From: an uncultured Gammaproteobacteria bacterium
GTDB lineage: Bacteria; Pseudomonadota; Gammaproteobacteria; JABCZS01
Reading direction: 5' to 3'
Assembly: GCA_963848305.1 (NCBI GenBank)
Contig: CAWKDC010000001.1
Location: 672,001 to 736,000, forward strand
Length of the DNA: 64,000 nt
Part shown: piece by piece, positions 55,069 to 64,000 of the stretch
How positions within the stretch are numbered: position 1 is the stretch's first letter
How the letters are laid out: the number at the start of each line of letters is the position of its first letter
Notes under the pieces: model-generated
Told to the model about the DNA's origin: nothing
Database searches by the model: none
The model's input: the letters and a program-made list of their open reading frames with translations, nothing else
Made by a program: the position numbers and the translations under genes

Positions 55069-57054
55069 TTATGTGTGATGATTATTTACTGAACGTCTTG
55101 CGTCGAATTCGACTGATTGAGTGTTCCTGGTTTGCAACTGCACCTTGACCAACATTGTATAGTCTTTGTTGTGCAAGGCTGGCAGTTTCGACAAAATCAG
55201 AGCCGCATCATTTGAATCTATATGCTTCAACGCAGCGACAAAAACGGGATACACTTCTTCGGACTTGTCAGAAATATTTATATAAAAATTTTCCCCATGA
55301 CAATCATAAATCTCTTTATTATTGTGTCGGCACAAATAAGCCATCATTTTCTCTACAAATATTTTTTTATCTGCCGGAACCATGTATTGAATAAACTTTA
55401 TCAAGTTTTTACAAACGTCCGTGTCGCGTTCCAATATACTCAATTTGTTCATCCAAATTTCGATAAGTGGTTTCATTATGGTTGATTGCGTATAACCGTT
55501 TTTTAACATTTTTTCCAATGCTAGATAATATGAAGCTGGAGCAGTGCCCCCCAATAATTCAAACTCTTTAAACAGCAAACGCAATAGAAAATATATATCT
55601 TCACGAGAGAATTCAACATTCGATGAAACATACAATTGAGTCGCAGCCACTACCCCATCATTATAAAATAGGTTTTTTCCATTGTACTGCTCGTCAAAAG
55701 AATCGCTGACATCTAACAATCTATTCATTGCAATTTTTGCTTGATTTTCCGTATAGCAAGAGCTTAGGGTTCCCATGCTTTCGAGCGCTGTATTTTTGCA
55801 CTGTCTGTTACTATGTGAGTAAGCGCTCATCCCGTCTCCTTCTTCTACTTTGTTCCAAATCCATTCACTGATCAAACCGATTTCTGCTTCGCTGAACCTA
55901 TTTTTTTTGGCTATGACGATGAGCGCCTTCAAGACATTCGTCTTCGCTGTATCCAGGCTCATTGCTAGATCGGGATCTGCTGGCATTTCTTCTTTGTCTA
56001 TTCGAATCAGTTCTTTAATGGCATCATTGGCATCAGTTACCGTCAGATTATCTGCATAAGTAACAATTGCTTGCGCCAATTCGTTGACAATATCAACATA
56101 CATCATTCTGCCTGTTTTCACGCGCAATGCAAGCCTACGTGCCACTTCTATTTTTTTGAGATTATCAAGACGACTGAAAAGCTGCCTCAGCAACTGTAAT
56201 CCAGCTATGACTTCACCTTCCCTATCACTATTAATGAGCCCCAATGATGTGTCAGTGATTGTCTGCACTGTAGCGACATCACAGGATTCAAGCATTTCTC
56301 CTAGGCATGTTATATCATATTCACATCTACCATCATCATCTAAGATTCCTATTGAACTGGATATGATTGTGTCGAACAGCTCGGATGCAACTTTGCCCAT
56401 TTCAACGGGACTAGGTTTGATGCTTACCTGGCTTGGCTGCGATAAGACACTCAATGCCGCCTCCGCTAAGGGTCTGACATTATATTTACGTATCATCTCA
56501 AATGCAACAACTGACGATGTGTCATCGCTGATGTCATGACGGCATTGGGTGATAAATTGTGCTTTCTGCGACTCATCCAATCGCTTGCCTATTGCTGTCA
56601 AGTTTTTGTATGTGGCCTTCAGATTGTCCATGCTTGATATGGAATGATCGGGCTCTGGTTGACCATATCGCATCATGCTCTCAAAAAGGATAGATGCAAT
56701 GGCTTTGAATTGATCACTGGAAAATTCATATGCATACACTGCTAAGCGATCTGCCATGTCTTCACCCGGTGAAGACATGATTGAATGATATAAATCATTC
56801 ACCTCAGCTTGAATACCCTGGAGATCTCGGTATACCCATTTTTGCATGATCAACGCATAAATCCGATGGTTTTCCACGGGTGCTGTGTGATCCTGTAAAG
56901 AGGCGGTGAGCAACGCTGCCCATCTCGGTCTTTCTGAATCCGTCATTTGCACATTGCGCGCCAGGAGTTCGTTCATACACTTAAGACGCTTCTCGTGGGT
57001 TGTGTTCTCGAAAATACTTTCACATGAATTGTAGTCATAGCTATATTGACGCAT
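55069..57054 (-). CDS. Hypothetical alpha-helical (ARM/HEAT-like) protein, 661 aa
   Basis: Shares LTASL.DHTAPVE.HR, QKWVYRD, YEFSSDQF and LSKLPALHNKDY with the 728-aa ORF; AGGAGA RBS. Confidence 0.8.
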   Translation of the reverse strand: MRQYSYDYNSCESIFENTTHEKRLKCMNELLARNVQMTDSERPRWAALLTASLQDHTAPVENHRIYALIMQKWVYRDLQGIQAEVNDLYHSIMSSPGEDMADRLAVYAYEFSSDQFKAIASILFESMMRYGQPEPDHSISSMDNLKATYKNLTAIGKRLDESQKAQFITQCRHDISDDTSSVVAFEMIRKYNVRPLAEAALSVLSQPSQVSIKPSPVEMGKVASELFDTIISSSIGILDDDGRCEYDITCLGEMLESCDVATVQTITDTSLGLINSDREGEVIAGLQLLRQLFSRLDNLKKIEVARRLALRVKTGRMMYVDIVNELAQAIVTYADNLTVTDANDAIKELIRIDKEEMPADPDLAMSLDTAKTNVLKALIVIAKKNRFSEAEIGLISEWIWNKVEEGDGMSAYSHSNRQCKNTALESMGTLSSCYTENQAKIAMNRLLDVSDSFDEQYNGKNLFYNDGVVAATQLYVSSNVEFSREDIYFLLRLLFKEFELLGGTAPASYYLALEKMLKNGYTQSTIMKPLIEIWMNKLSILERDTDVCKNLIKFIQYMVPADKKIFVEKMMAYLCRHNNKEIYDCHGENFYINISDKSEEVYPVFVAALKHIDSNDAALILSKLPALHNKDYTMLVKVQLQTRNTQSVEFDARRSVNNHHT

Positions 57055-57135
57055 ACGTTATCTCCTGATGGGTGCAAACGGCACCTTATCACAGCTTGAT
57101 AACTTATGTCAATAGCCTTGTATTAAATTTTTTTA

Positions 57136-57411
57136 TCATTCCTTCTCTTCATGCTCAATCACGCGACCAGGGGAACGCCTAAAATCGCCTGCAACCACCT
57201 TATCAGATTGATAAGGGACGGGCTCTTGGGGGACAGGGGGCTTGGTAAAAAAGAGATAGACCCTTCTAACAAGTAATGCAACAAACCCAAATAAAAGCAG
57301 GTACCAAATGAACACTATTCCGAGCACGAATAAGCCAGCTAAAACCCCAAGGAAGGCCAAGCCTAGCAGGATAGAGATCGTACGTTGGATGAAAGAGAGG
57401 GTTTGTTTCAA
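57136..57411 (-). CDS. Small hypothetical membrane protein
   Basis: Long hydrophobic N-terminal half, charged tail, TTG start. Confidence 0.6.
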   Translation of the reverse strand: MKQTLSFIQRTISILLGLAFLGVLAGLFVLGIVFIWYLLLFGFVALLVRRVYLFFTKPPVPQEPVPYQSDKVVAGDFRRSPGRVIEHEEKE

Positions 57412-57476
57412 GGTAGTAGCCTAATAAGCCTATTCGATAGGTATTAGGCTACTCCATTTTTACCAGAGAATCAATA

Positions 57477-57662
57477 CTAGAAGTCGCGATCCATCACGGT
57501 TTTACGGCCATCACGCTTTGCTTTTTCAATGGCCTCATCGCACATTTTGCAGACAGCCCGGGAAAGTGCCTCTGCCACACTACCAGAAGTATTCATGCCG
57601 CCGGATTTTTCTTTGATGTACGCTTTGACTTTCGACACAACCACTAAAATTTCTTCACTCAT
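57477..57662 (-). CDS. Bacterial histone-fold protein (Bd0055/HBb-like)
   Basis: 61 aa; LVVxSKVK..IKEK..MNTS....ALS...AK.DGRKTVM.RD with the histone-fold RxTxxxxD motif; AAGGAG RBS. Confidence 0.88.
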   Translation of the reverse strand: MSEEILVVVSKVKAYIKEKSGGMNTSGSVAEALSRAVCKMCDEAIEKAKRDGRKTVMDRDF

Positions 57663-57679
57663 TACATGCTCTCCTTAGA

Positions 57680-58846
57680 TTAAAAATTAAAACCAACAAC
57701 AAAAATTGAAAAGTATGTCAGCAGCCAATGAGACACGATGACCCCAATCAATGTGGAGTGGCGCGTATACAACCAACCCCAGAACAAGCTTAACACAAAT
57801 GTCGACATTGCCAATAGTATTGAAATATTCACGTGAGATAAACTGAAAAATAATGATGCCAACAAGATCGCCTGCCACTGACGGTTTCTGTGGCTTAAGA
57901 ATGTCATAAAGGATGTTTGACAAACGCCGCGAACAATGAATTCAATCGCTGGAACATAGACGATGAACCCTGCTAACAGTAAAATGCGTTCTCTCGCTGT
58001 TAATGCGCTTAAAATGCCTTTATAAAAAAACACAGGCGCCTCAGCCATGCCAGGCACCATCGCATGGGCCGCCAGTTTCGCCAAGACTATCATGGGCATC
58101 ATGAAAATCACGCTGATCAAAATGCTGTCTTTCAGGGCATACTCCCACCCATCGATCGTGAGCCCAAATGTTTTAGCATGAAAGCCACTGCGGATCAGCA
58201 GCTGGTAAAAAATAAATGCAAACATTAACACGACAGGAATAGATAAATACACAGTGCCCGCTGACAAAGGCACAACGGCATTGAAAAAACTCATCCCCAA
58301 GACGTAAAAACAGACCAAAGCCATCAAGCGGAAAATATATTGCCCCAGCAATACTTGTTTTTGGGAATATTTGAGTTGATCTTTCAGCTTGAGAACAGCT
58401 TTAGAGTTCAGGTTACGGATATTTTGGCTGAGTGTTTTTGCGAAATTAACTTTTAAAATATTGGATAATGACACTTCGGGCTTGGAATGCTTTTCCAAAT
58501 CAGCCACATTCAAACCAATGAGCTTCATTTCCTCCGCAGCCCGCACCGTGGCGGACCGGGGGCGTTGGTCAATGAGGGAAATCTCCCCAATCACATCGCC
58601 CTTTTTCAACAGGGCAATGTGATGGTACTCGCCATGATCATCTTCTTTGAGAACTTCACCGGTTCCGGAAGAGATGATATATATCGCATCACCAGGCTCG
58701 CCTTCTTGGACGACATTCACACCCACATTGACACGTCGCTCATACATCAAGCCAAGCAGCTCCTCCATTTGATCTGGAGTTAAGCCGCTGAACAGTGGGT
58801 TGGATAGAATTAATTCCCTGGATTGTTTGCTTAATATTTCCTGCAT
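57680..58846 (-). CDS. Cyclic-nucleotide-binding domain fused to a CPBP (CAAX/Abi) intramembrane protease domain
   Basis: GEISLIDQRPRSATVRA phosphate-binding cassette; TM region with (I)EFIVRG, FSLSH and SHW. Confidence 0.85.
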   Translation of the reverse strand: MQEILSKQSRELILSNPLFSGLTPDQMEELLGLMYERRVNVGVNVVQEGEPGDAIYIISSGTGEVLKEDDHGEYHHIALLKKGDVIGEISLIDQRPRSATVRAAEEMKLIGLNVADLEKHSKPEVSLSNILKVNFAKTLSQNIRNLNSKAVLKLKDQLKYSQKQVLLGQYIFRLMALVCFYVLGMSFFNAVVPLSAGTVYLSIPVVLMFAFIFYQLLIRSGFHAKTFGLTIDGWEYALKDSILISVIFMMPMIVLAKLAAHAMVPGMAEAPVFFYKGILSALTARERILLLAGFIVYVPAIEFIVRGVCQTSFMTFLSHRNRQWQAILLASLFFSLSHVNISILLAMSTFVLSLFWGWLYTRHSTLIGVIVSHWLLTYFSIFVVGFNF

Positions 58847-58940
58847 GCCTGTACCCTAAAAACGGTATGAACGTTCCCTCCAAAAGAGTATAGACACAGA
58901 ATAGCCAGACAGCAACATAAGATGATAAGATTTTAAACAA

Positions 58941-59429
58941 TCATGTAAGCTTTTCAATTAACATATTTATTGCATTGAGCACCGCTGCGGCATAAAGCGC
59001 CGCCAACAAGTCATCCACCATGATCCCCACTCCGCCACTTACTTTTTTATCCAACCAACCAATTGGCCAAGGCTTCAAGATATCGAAAAAACGAAATGCG
59101 ATAAAACCGAGTAGTAACGTCAGGGCATTGATGGGGACAAACATCATCATCAGCATCATGCCGGCGATTTCATCAATGACAATACCACTGTGGTCATGCA
59201 CATTTAATGCATGACTGCTCCAACCGGCAACGTAAGTACCCACAATAATGACGATCAAAGTAATGAGTACATATAAGGGCCATGAAAGCAAAGACATCAA
59301 CATGATGAAAGGAATGGCAACAAGAGAACCCATGGTGCCAGGTGCTATGGGGCTTAAACCTGCACCGAAACCAAATGCGAGCACGTGGAAAGGATGAGAG
59401 AAGACGGTGCGTGTGAGTGATGTGTGCAT
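58941..59429 (-). CDS. pgpA: Phosphatidylglycerophosphatase A
   Basis: APGTMGS, VIDEIAG, FRFFDILKPWP, MVDDL. Confidence 0.94.
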   Translation of the reverse strand: MHTSLTRTVFSHPFHVLAFGFGAGLSPIAPGTMGSLVAIPFIMLMSLLSWPLYVLITLIVIIVGTYVAGWSSHALNVHDHSGIVIDEIAGMMLMMMFVPINALTLLLGFIAFRFFDILKPWPIGWLDKKVSGGVGIMVDDLLAALYAAAVLNAINMLIEKLT

Positions 59430-59438
59430 GAATGTTCC

Positions 59439-60347
59439 TTATATAAAGTGATCATATCCCGAATGACCAGTCCAACGCTTTCCACCGATCTGGATCCCCT
59501 CGCCTTCACAAATCTCACCAATCAACACTGCATTGATCGATGCAGCCGCAGATTTAGGGGCAGTGAAGCAGAGCACATAATCATCCCCACTCGTCACCGC
59601 ATGGCGAAAAGCGTCATCACTGGGTAATATAGACCATTCCGATGCAATCGGAATACTTTCTCGCATCAAATGCGCGCCCACATGACTCGCGGTGAGAATA
59701 TGCGATAAATCAGCGAATAAGCCATCTGATATGTCAATGGCTGCATGCGCGAGCCCACATAATTGATGTCCCAAACGAATGGGGGGATCAGGAAAACGAT
59801 ACGCTTGTGTTGCGCGTTCACCAGGATTAAGCTGGTGGTCACGTGCATAAACATAAAATGCTGCCAAACCCAATTCCCCGGTGATATAAATGTTATCACC
59901 CGGCTTGGCATTCGATCGTTTCAACGCTTGATCACGGTTCACGCGACCCAATGCCGTGATAGATACCGACAAGGGGCCATGAGTAGTATCACCCCCAATC
60001 AGGGTGACTTGTGCACGTAATGCTTGAGTGTGTAATGCTTGCGAAAAAGCCGTCAACCAGGTTTCATTGGCTTCGGGTAATGTGAGGGATAATAAAAACG
60101 CAAAAGGGACAGCACCCATCGCAGATAAATCGCTTAAATTCACCATCAATGCCTTGTGCGCAATACTCTCGGGCGGATCATCAGGATAAAAGTGCACGCC
60201 ACTGACAAGTGTATCGACCGTGAGCACAATAGAATCGCGTCCGCATGATACCAGCGCGGCATCGTCACCGACGCCCAGCATCACATCACCTGAAGGCGGT
60301 TGTCCAATATGACTGAAAAATCGATCAATCAGATCGAATTCACCCAC
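59439..60347 (-). CDS. thiL: Thiamine-monophosphate kinase
   Basis: EFDLI, GDDAA, NLSDLSAMG, GGDT, DISDGL. Confidence 0.94.
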   Translation of the reverse strand: MGEFDLIDRFFSHIGQPPSGDVMLGVGDDAALVSCGRDSIVLTVDTLVSGVHFYPDDPPESIAHKALMVNLSDLSAMGAVPFAFLLSLTLPEANETWLTAFSQALHTQALRAQVTLIGGDTTHGPLSVSITALGRVNRDQALKRSNAKPGDNIYITGELGLAAFYVYARDHQLNPGERATQAYRFPDPPIRLGHQLCGLAHAAIDISDGLFADLSHILTASHVGAHLMRESIPIASEWSILPSDDAFRHAVTSGDDYVLCFTAPKSAAASINAVLIGEICEGEGIQIGGKRWTGHSGYDHFI

Positions 60348-60768
60348 CGCGTCTGATTTCTGTTTTGCGTGCGTCATGTGCGATTTTATCCAAAATGCCA
60401 TTCACGAAAGTGTGTGCTTCATTCGCGCCATATTCTTTTGACATATCGACTGCTTCATTGATCACGACTTTATAGGGCAGGTCAAGTCGATGCAATAATT
60501 CATACGAAGCCAATCTTAAAATAGCATATTCGATCGGACTGATTTCTTCCAGTGAACGGGAGGTATGCGCAGCGAGCACCATGTCGATGTCGCCTATTTC
60601 TTCCATCACGCCGGTAAAAATCTCGTTGAAATAAGCCGTATCGATTTGACCTTCTTGGCATAATATATCGGCGCGAATATCAGATGTTGGATTACCCGTC
60701 AATTGCCACTGATAGAGTGCTTGCATGACCGCGCGGCGTGCTTTTTTACGGAGTGTAATAGGGTTCAT
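60340..60768 (-). CDS. nusB: Transcription antitermination factor NusB
   Basis: RKKARR..QALYQ, VINEAV, FVNGILD. Confidence 0.95.
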   Translation of the reverse strand: MNPITLRKKARRAVMQALYQWQLTGNPTSDIRADILCQEGQIDTAYFNEIFTGVMEEIGDIDMVLAAHTSRSLEEISPIEYAILRLASYELLHRLDLPYKVVINEAVDMSKEYGANEAHTFVNGILDKIAHDARKTEIRRGG

Positions 60769-61214
60769 GTGCGCACCTGCTCTAATGTGTTCAGCATTTC
60801 CAATAAAACTTCTGCACATTCATATCCTTTATTGTGAGGCCCCTCACCAGCACGCGCATGCGCTTGTGCTTCATCAAACGTTGTGAGGACACCAAAAGCA
60901 ATGGGTTTGTTGATATTCAACATGACTTGCATCAAGCCACGTGAACATTCACCGGCGACATAATCAAAGTGTTTGGTTTCACCTTGGATCACACAACCCA
61001 ATGCAATGCCGCCCGCGACATCTGCGCGCATCAAGGCTTGTTGCAACAAAATCGGCAACTCTACTGCCCCTGGGCATTTTAAGACAATCATATTTTCTTG
61101 CAATACCCCGTGCTTTTGCAATGCCTCTATTGCGCCTTTCAATAACTGCTGGGTAATCTCTGGATTGAAACGCGCGCAGGCGATCACCATTTTTCCATTA
61201 GGCACTGTTAACAT
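60765..61214 (-). CDS. ribH: Lumazine synthase
   Basis: ARFN, PGAVELP, GETKHFDYV, FGVLT. Confidence 0.94.
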   Translation of the reverse strand: MLTVPNGKMVIACARFNPEITQQLLKGAIEALQKHGVLQENMIVLKCPGAVELPILLQQALMRADVAGGIALGCVIQGETKHFDYVAGECSRGLMQVMLNINKPIAFGVLTTFDEAQAHARAGEGPHNKGYECAEVLLEMLNTLEQVRT

Positions 61215-61215
61215 T

Positions 61216-61854
61216 TTATTCCTCACAAACTTGAGGCGCTTCCGTACGCAACCGATATTCAATTAAATCCGCAATGGTGCCCATTTTTAAACCATGTTTT
61301 TGACAGAAGATGGCCAAATCATCGCGACGCGCCATGGTGCCATCCTCATTCAAAATTTCCACCAGCACCCCCGCCGGTTTGAGCCCTGCCAATCGTGCTA
61401 AATCCACGGTGGCTTCAGTGTGACCACCGCGCACCAACACCCCGCCCTTTTTGGCGATGATGGGGAACATGTGGCCGGGATGTACAAAATCTTCAAAAGA
61501 AGCACTAGGATTCATCGCTGTTTGAATTGTTTTAGCGCGATCAAATGCAGATATGCCTGTTGTGATACCTTCACGCGCTTCCATCGAAATGGTGAATTGC
61601 GTGCGACGAGGGCAAGAATTTTCTGAAACCATGGGATACAAACCTAATGCAGCTGCTTTTTCTTCCGTGAGACATAAGCACACTAAACCGCGGCCTTCTT
61701 TGATCATGAAATTAATGTGTTCAGGCGTGACGTGTTCTGCGGCAATGATCAAATCGCCTTCATTTTCGCGATCTTCATCATCAACCAGCACCACCATTTC
61801 ACCACGGCGAATGGCCTCGATCACTGATTCAGCACTGTCAAAATGCACACCCAT
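61216..61854 (-). CDS. ribB: 3,4-dihydroxy-2-butanone-4-phosphate synthase (stand-alone)
   Basis: [24 protein letters not shown]. Confidence 0.95.
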   Translation of the reverse strand: MGVHFDSAESVIEAIRRGEMVVLVDDEDRENEGDLIIAAEHVTPEHINFMIKEGRGLVCLCLTEEKAAALGLYPMVSENSCPRRTQFTISMEAREGITTGISAFDRAKTIQTAMNPSASFEDFVHPGHMFPIIAKKGGVLVRGGHTEATVDLARLAGLKPAGVLVEILNEDGTMARRDDLAIFCQKHGLKMGTIADLIEYRLRTEAPQVCEE

Positions 61855-61855
61855 G

Positions 61856-62521
61856 CTAATGCTCCGTCTCAGATGAATGAACCCAACTGGCCAATAATTC
61901 CGGACCCCAAATATTCATGGGATCCCCGCTGTTGCCGCGCAAGAGATGATCCAGATATAACATGATCATGTCGGCTTCGAGATTCACCAAATCGCCCAAT
62001 TGTTTGTGCTGAAAAATGGTTTTTAAATACGTATGTGGGATGACGTTGAGATAAAAAGAAGATGTTCCCACACGGTTGACAGTCATGCTCACGCCGTCGA
62101 TGGCAATACAGCCTTTTGGGGCAATATATTGCATGATATTTTTGGGCGCACTGATTTCAAAAATCCACGATCTGCCTTCTGCTTTGATTTTTTTGATCAC
62201 CCCCGTATTCAACACATGCCCAGACACCATATGCCCGCCCAAAGGATGTTGCAGGGTTAAACAATGTTCCAAATTCAAAGGGGAGGCTTTATTCAATGCG
62301 CCCAATGCCGTGCACCGCAATGTTTCAGCCGAAACATCCACGCTGAATTGGGTGGCCTTCAACCCCGTGACTGTCAAACACACGCCGTTCACACATACAC
62401 TGCTGCCCAGCTTCAACCCTTTCAGGAAGCTTTTAGCAACAGAGACCCACAAAACAGTATCTTGAGTGCCTAATTCAATTTTAGCGACTGTGCCAATGTG
62501 GCTGACTAAACCTGTGAACAT
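61856..62521 (-). CDS. ribE: Riboflavin synthase (alpha chain)
   Basis: MFTG start, [24 protein letters not shown]. Confidence 0.94.
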   Translation of the reverse strand: MFTGLVSHIGTVAKIELGTQDTVLWVSVAKSFLKGLKLGSSVCVNGVCLTVTGLKATQFSVDVSAETLRCTALGALNKASPLNLEHCLTLQHPLGGHMVSGHVLNTGVIKKIKAEGRSWIFEISAPKNIMQYIAPKGCIAIDGVSMTVNRVGTSSFYLNVIPHTYLKTIFQHKQLGDLVNLEADMIMLYLDHLLRGNSGDPMNIWGPELLASWVHSSETEH

Positions 62522-63600
62522 CGATACCTCACACAAAGATCATCACCCAAAAACCGTACCGCTTCACACACCCATTTGACGGGAGAAGGCTGCCCCCACC
62601 AGAGTGGCCAGGCTTCTTGCCCGAGTAGGGTAGGCGCCATGAATACAAGCCATTCATCAACCAAACCTTGGCTGAGAAAGCTTGTCTGTAAGCGAGGCCC
62701 CGATTCTACCATGATTTGCCTCAAACCTTCACCTGATAACCGGGCTAACAAGGCTTTAATACTGACTTCACCCAATTCTTCTGGTAAAACCCAAATATCT
62801 GCCCGTTTTCCCAGCCCAGACTGTTCATTTTTTGAACAGGTGGCTATGATAACCCTTCCCGGCACCTCAAACAAGCGTGCATTCAAAGGGGTGCGCAAAT
62901 GAGTATCCACAATCACTCGAATGGGGGGACGGAATGCAGGCACGCCTGCACAAGGTAACCGTACGTTTAATAAGGGATTATCAGCCAATATCGTCCCGAT
63001 GCCCGTGATAATCACATCAGATTCAGCCCTCATGCGATGAACCTCAGCCCGCACAGCCTCACCTGTGATGGCGGTAGACGCCTGCCCTGTGGGTGAAGCA
63101 CTGGTGCGTCCATCCAAGCTCATGGCTGATTTAACGATCACATGAGGACGATGGTGCGTCAGGTGATGGTGAAAAGCTTTGTTTTGAGCCCGGGCATTCA
63201 TGGCCAATAAACCTGTATCTACCTGAATACCCACTGCGCGCAGCCGGGCAACCCCTTGCCCATTGACGGCGGGAAAAGGATCAGTTGCTGCAACAACCAC
63301 GCGTGAGACACCCGCATTGATCAGTGCGTCTACACAAGGCGGCGTTTTACCGGTATGGTTGCAAGGTTCTAGGGTCACGTAACAAGTCGCGCCACGTGCA
63401 TGCGCACCGGCTTGATGCAACGCATGAACTTCAGCGTGCGGACCGCCAAAAGCTTGATGATACCCTTCACCGATCACGCTCCCATCTTTCACGATCACAC
63501 AACCCACGCAAGGATTGGGCCGCGTGAATGGAACGCCTTGCTGCGCCAAATGTAAAGCGCGCTGCATGTGAATCATGTCGTCAGTGGTTGAATACTGCAA
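62506..63600 (-). CDS. ribD: Riboflavin biosynthesis deaminase/reductase
   Basis: HAE, TLEPC...PPC, SLDG, DNPLL. Confidence 0.94.
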   Translation of the reverse strand: MQYSTTDDMIHMQRALHLAQQGVPFTRPNPCVGCVIVKDGSVIGEGYHQAFGGPHAEVHALHQAGAHARGATCYVTLEPCNHTGKTPPCVDALINAGVSRVVVAATDPFPAVNGQGVARLRAVGIQVDTGLLAMNARAQNKAFHHHLTHHRPHVIVKSAMSLDGRTSASPTGQASTAITGEAVRAEVHRMRAESDVIITGIGTILADNPLLNVRLPCAGVPAFRPPIRVIVDTHLRTPLNARLFEVPGRVIIATCSKNEQSGLGKRADIWVLPEELGEVSIKALLARLSGEGLRQIMVESGPRLQTSFLSQGLVDEWLVFMAPTLLGQEAWPLWWGQPSPVKWVCEAVRFLGDDLCVRYRCSQV

Positions 63601-64000
63601 TTAATTGCCCTCAGGTACAACCGATTCCTTGGCCGTTGATAACTTTTCAATTTCCTCGCGAAACGCGTTCACATCTTCAAAACTGCGATAAACAGACGCA
63701 AAACGAACATAAGCGACTTGATCCAAATCACGCAATGCATCCATCACCCATTCGCCCAATTGGTTCGCAGGAATTTCTCGCTCGCCAACACCTTGTAAAC
63801 GGTACTTGATGCGCGCGATCACTTCATCGACCGCACTGCTGGCGACGGGACGTTTTTCCAATGCGCGCAACATGCCCCGCCGCAATTTCTGTTCATCAAA
63901 GTTAACGCGTGTTCCATCCCGCTTGATGATGCGCGGCAATGTTAATTCTGCCGCTTCATAAGTTGTAAACCGCTCTGCACATTCTAAGCATTGGCGCCGA
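63601..64000 (-). CDS. nrdR: Transcriptional repressor NrdR (5' end outside the window)
   Basis: [18 protein letters not shown] cone, [10 protein letters not shown]. Confidence 0.95.
   Translation of the reverse strand, partial: RRQCLECAERFTTYEAAELTLPRIIKRDGTRVNFDEQKLRRGMLRALEKRPVASSAVDEVIARIKYRLQGVGEREIPANQLGEWVMDALRDLDQVAYVRFASVYRSFEDVNAFREEIEKLSTAKESVVPEGN

Overview
Mostly core chromosome of a Gammaproteobacterium. A Legionellales/Coxiellales-like lineage is my inference from an LbtU-type porin, a His-rich trigger factor and orphan effector-like genes. Core content: ttcA, peroxiredoxin, a peptide ABC transporter, ppiD, hupB, hemL, dksA, pcnB, folK, acnA, maeA, tig-clpP-clpX-lon, six tRNAs, folD, cysS, gltX, lpxH, the gltA/sdhCDAB/sucABCD TCA cluster and nrdR-ribD-ribE-ribB-ribH-nusB-thiL-pgpA. 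Most notable: a 61-aa bacterial histone (Bdellovibrio Bd0055/HBb-like) directly behind a cNMP-binding/CPBP protease fusion at the end of the rib/nusB run. Other accessory items: a tandem pair of diversifying Cys-rich secreted proteins, three helical orphan paralogs after gltA, a lone type III PKS, hipBA with three operators exactly 50 bp apart, a sterol-desaturase-family gene bracketed by inverted REPs, and several REP families. Fourteen gene disruptions (13 frameshifts, 1 nonsense) map to sites that reconstruct as GGNCC or GGCC. I read these as methylation-linked long-read errors, not pseudogenes. All family assignments are from motif recognition and memory; no database search was run.
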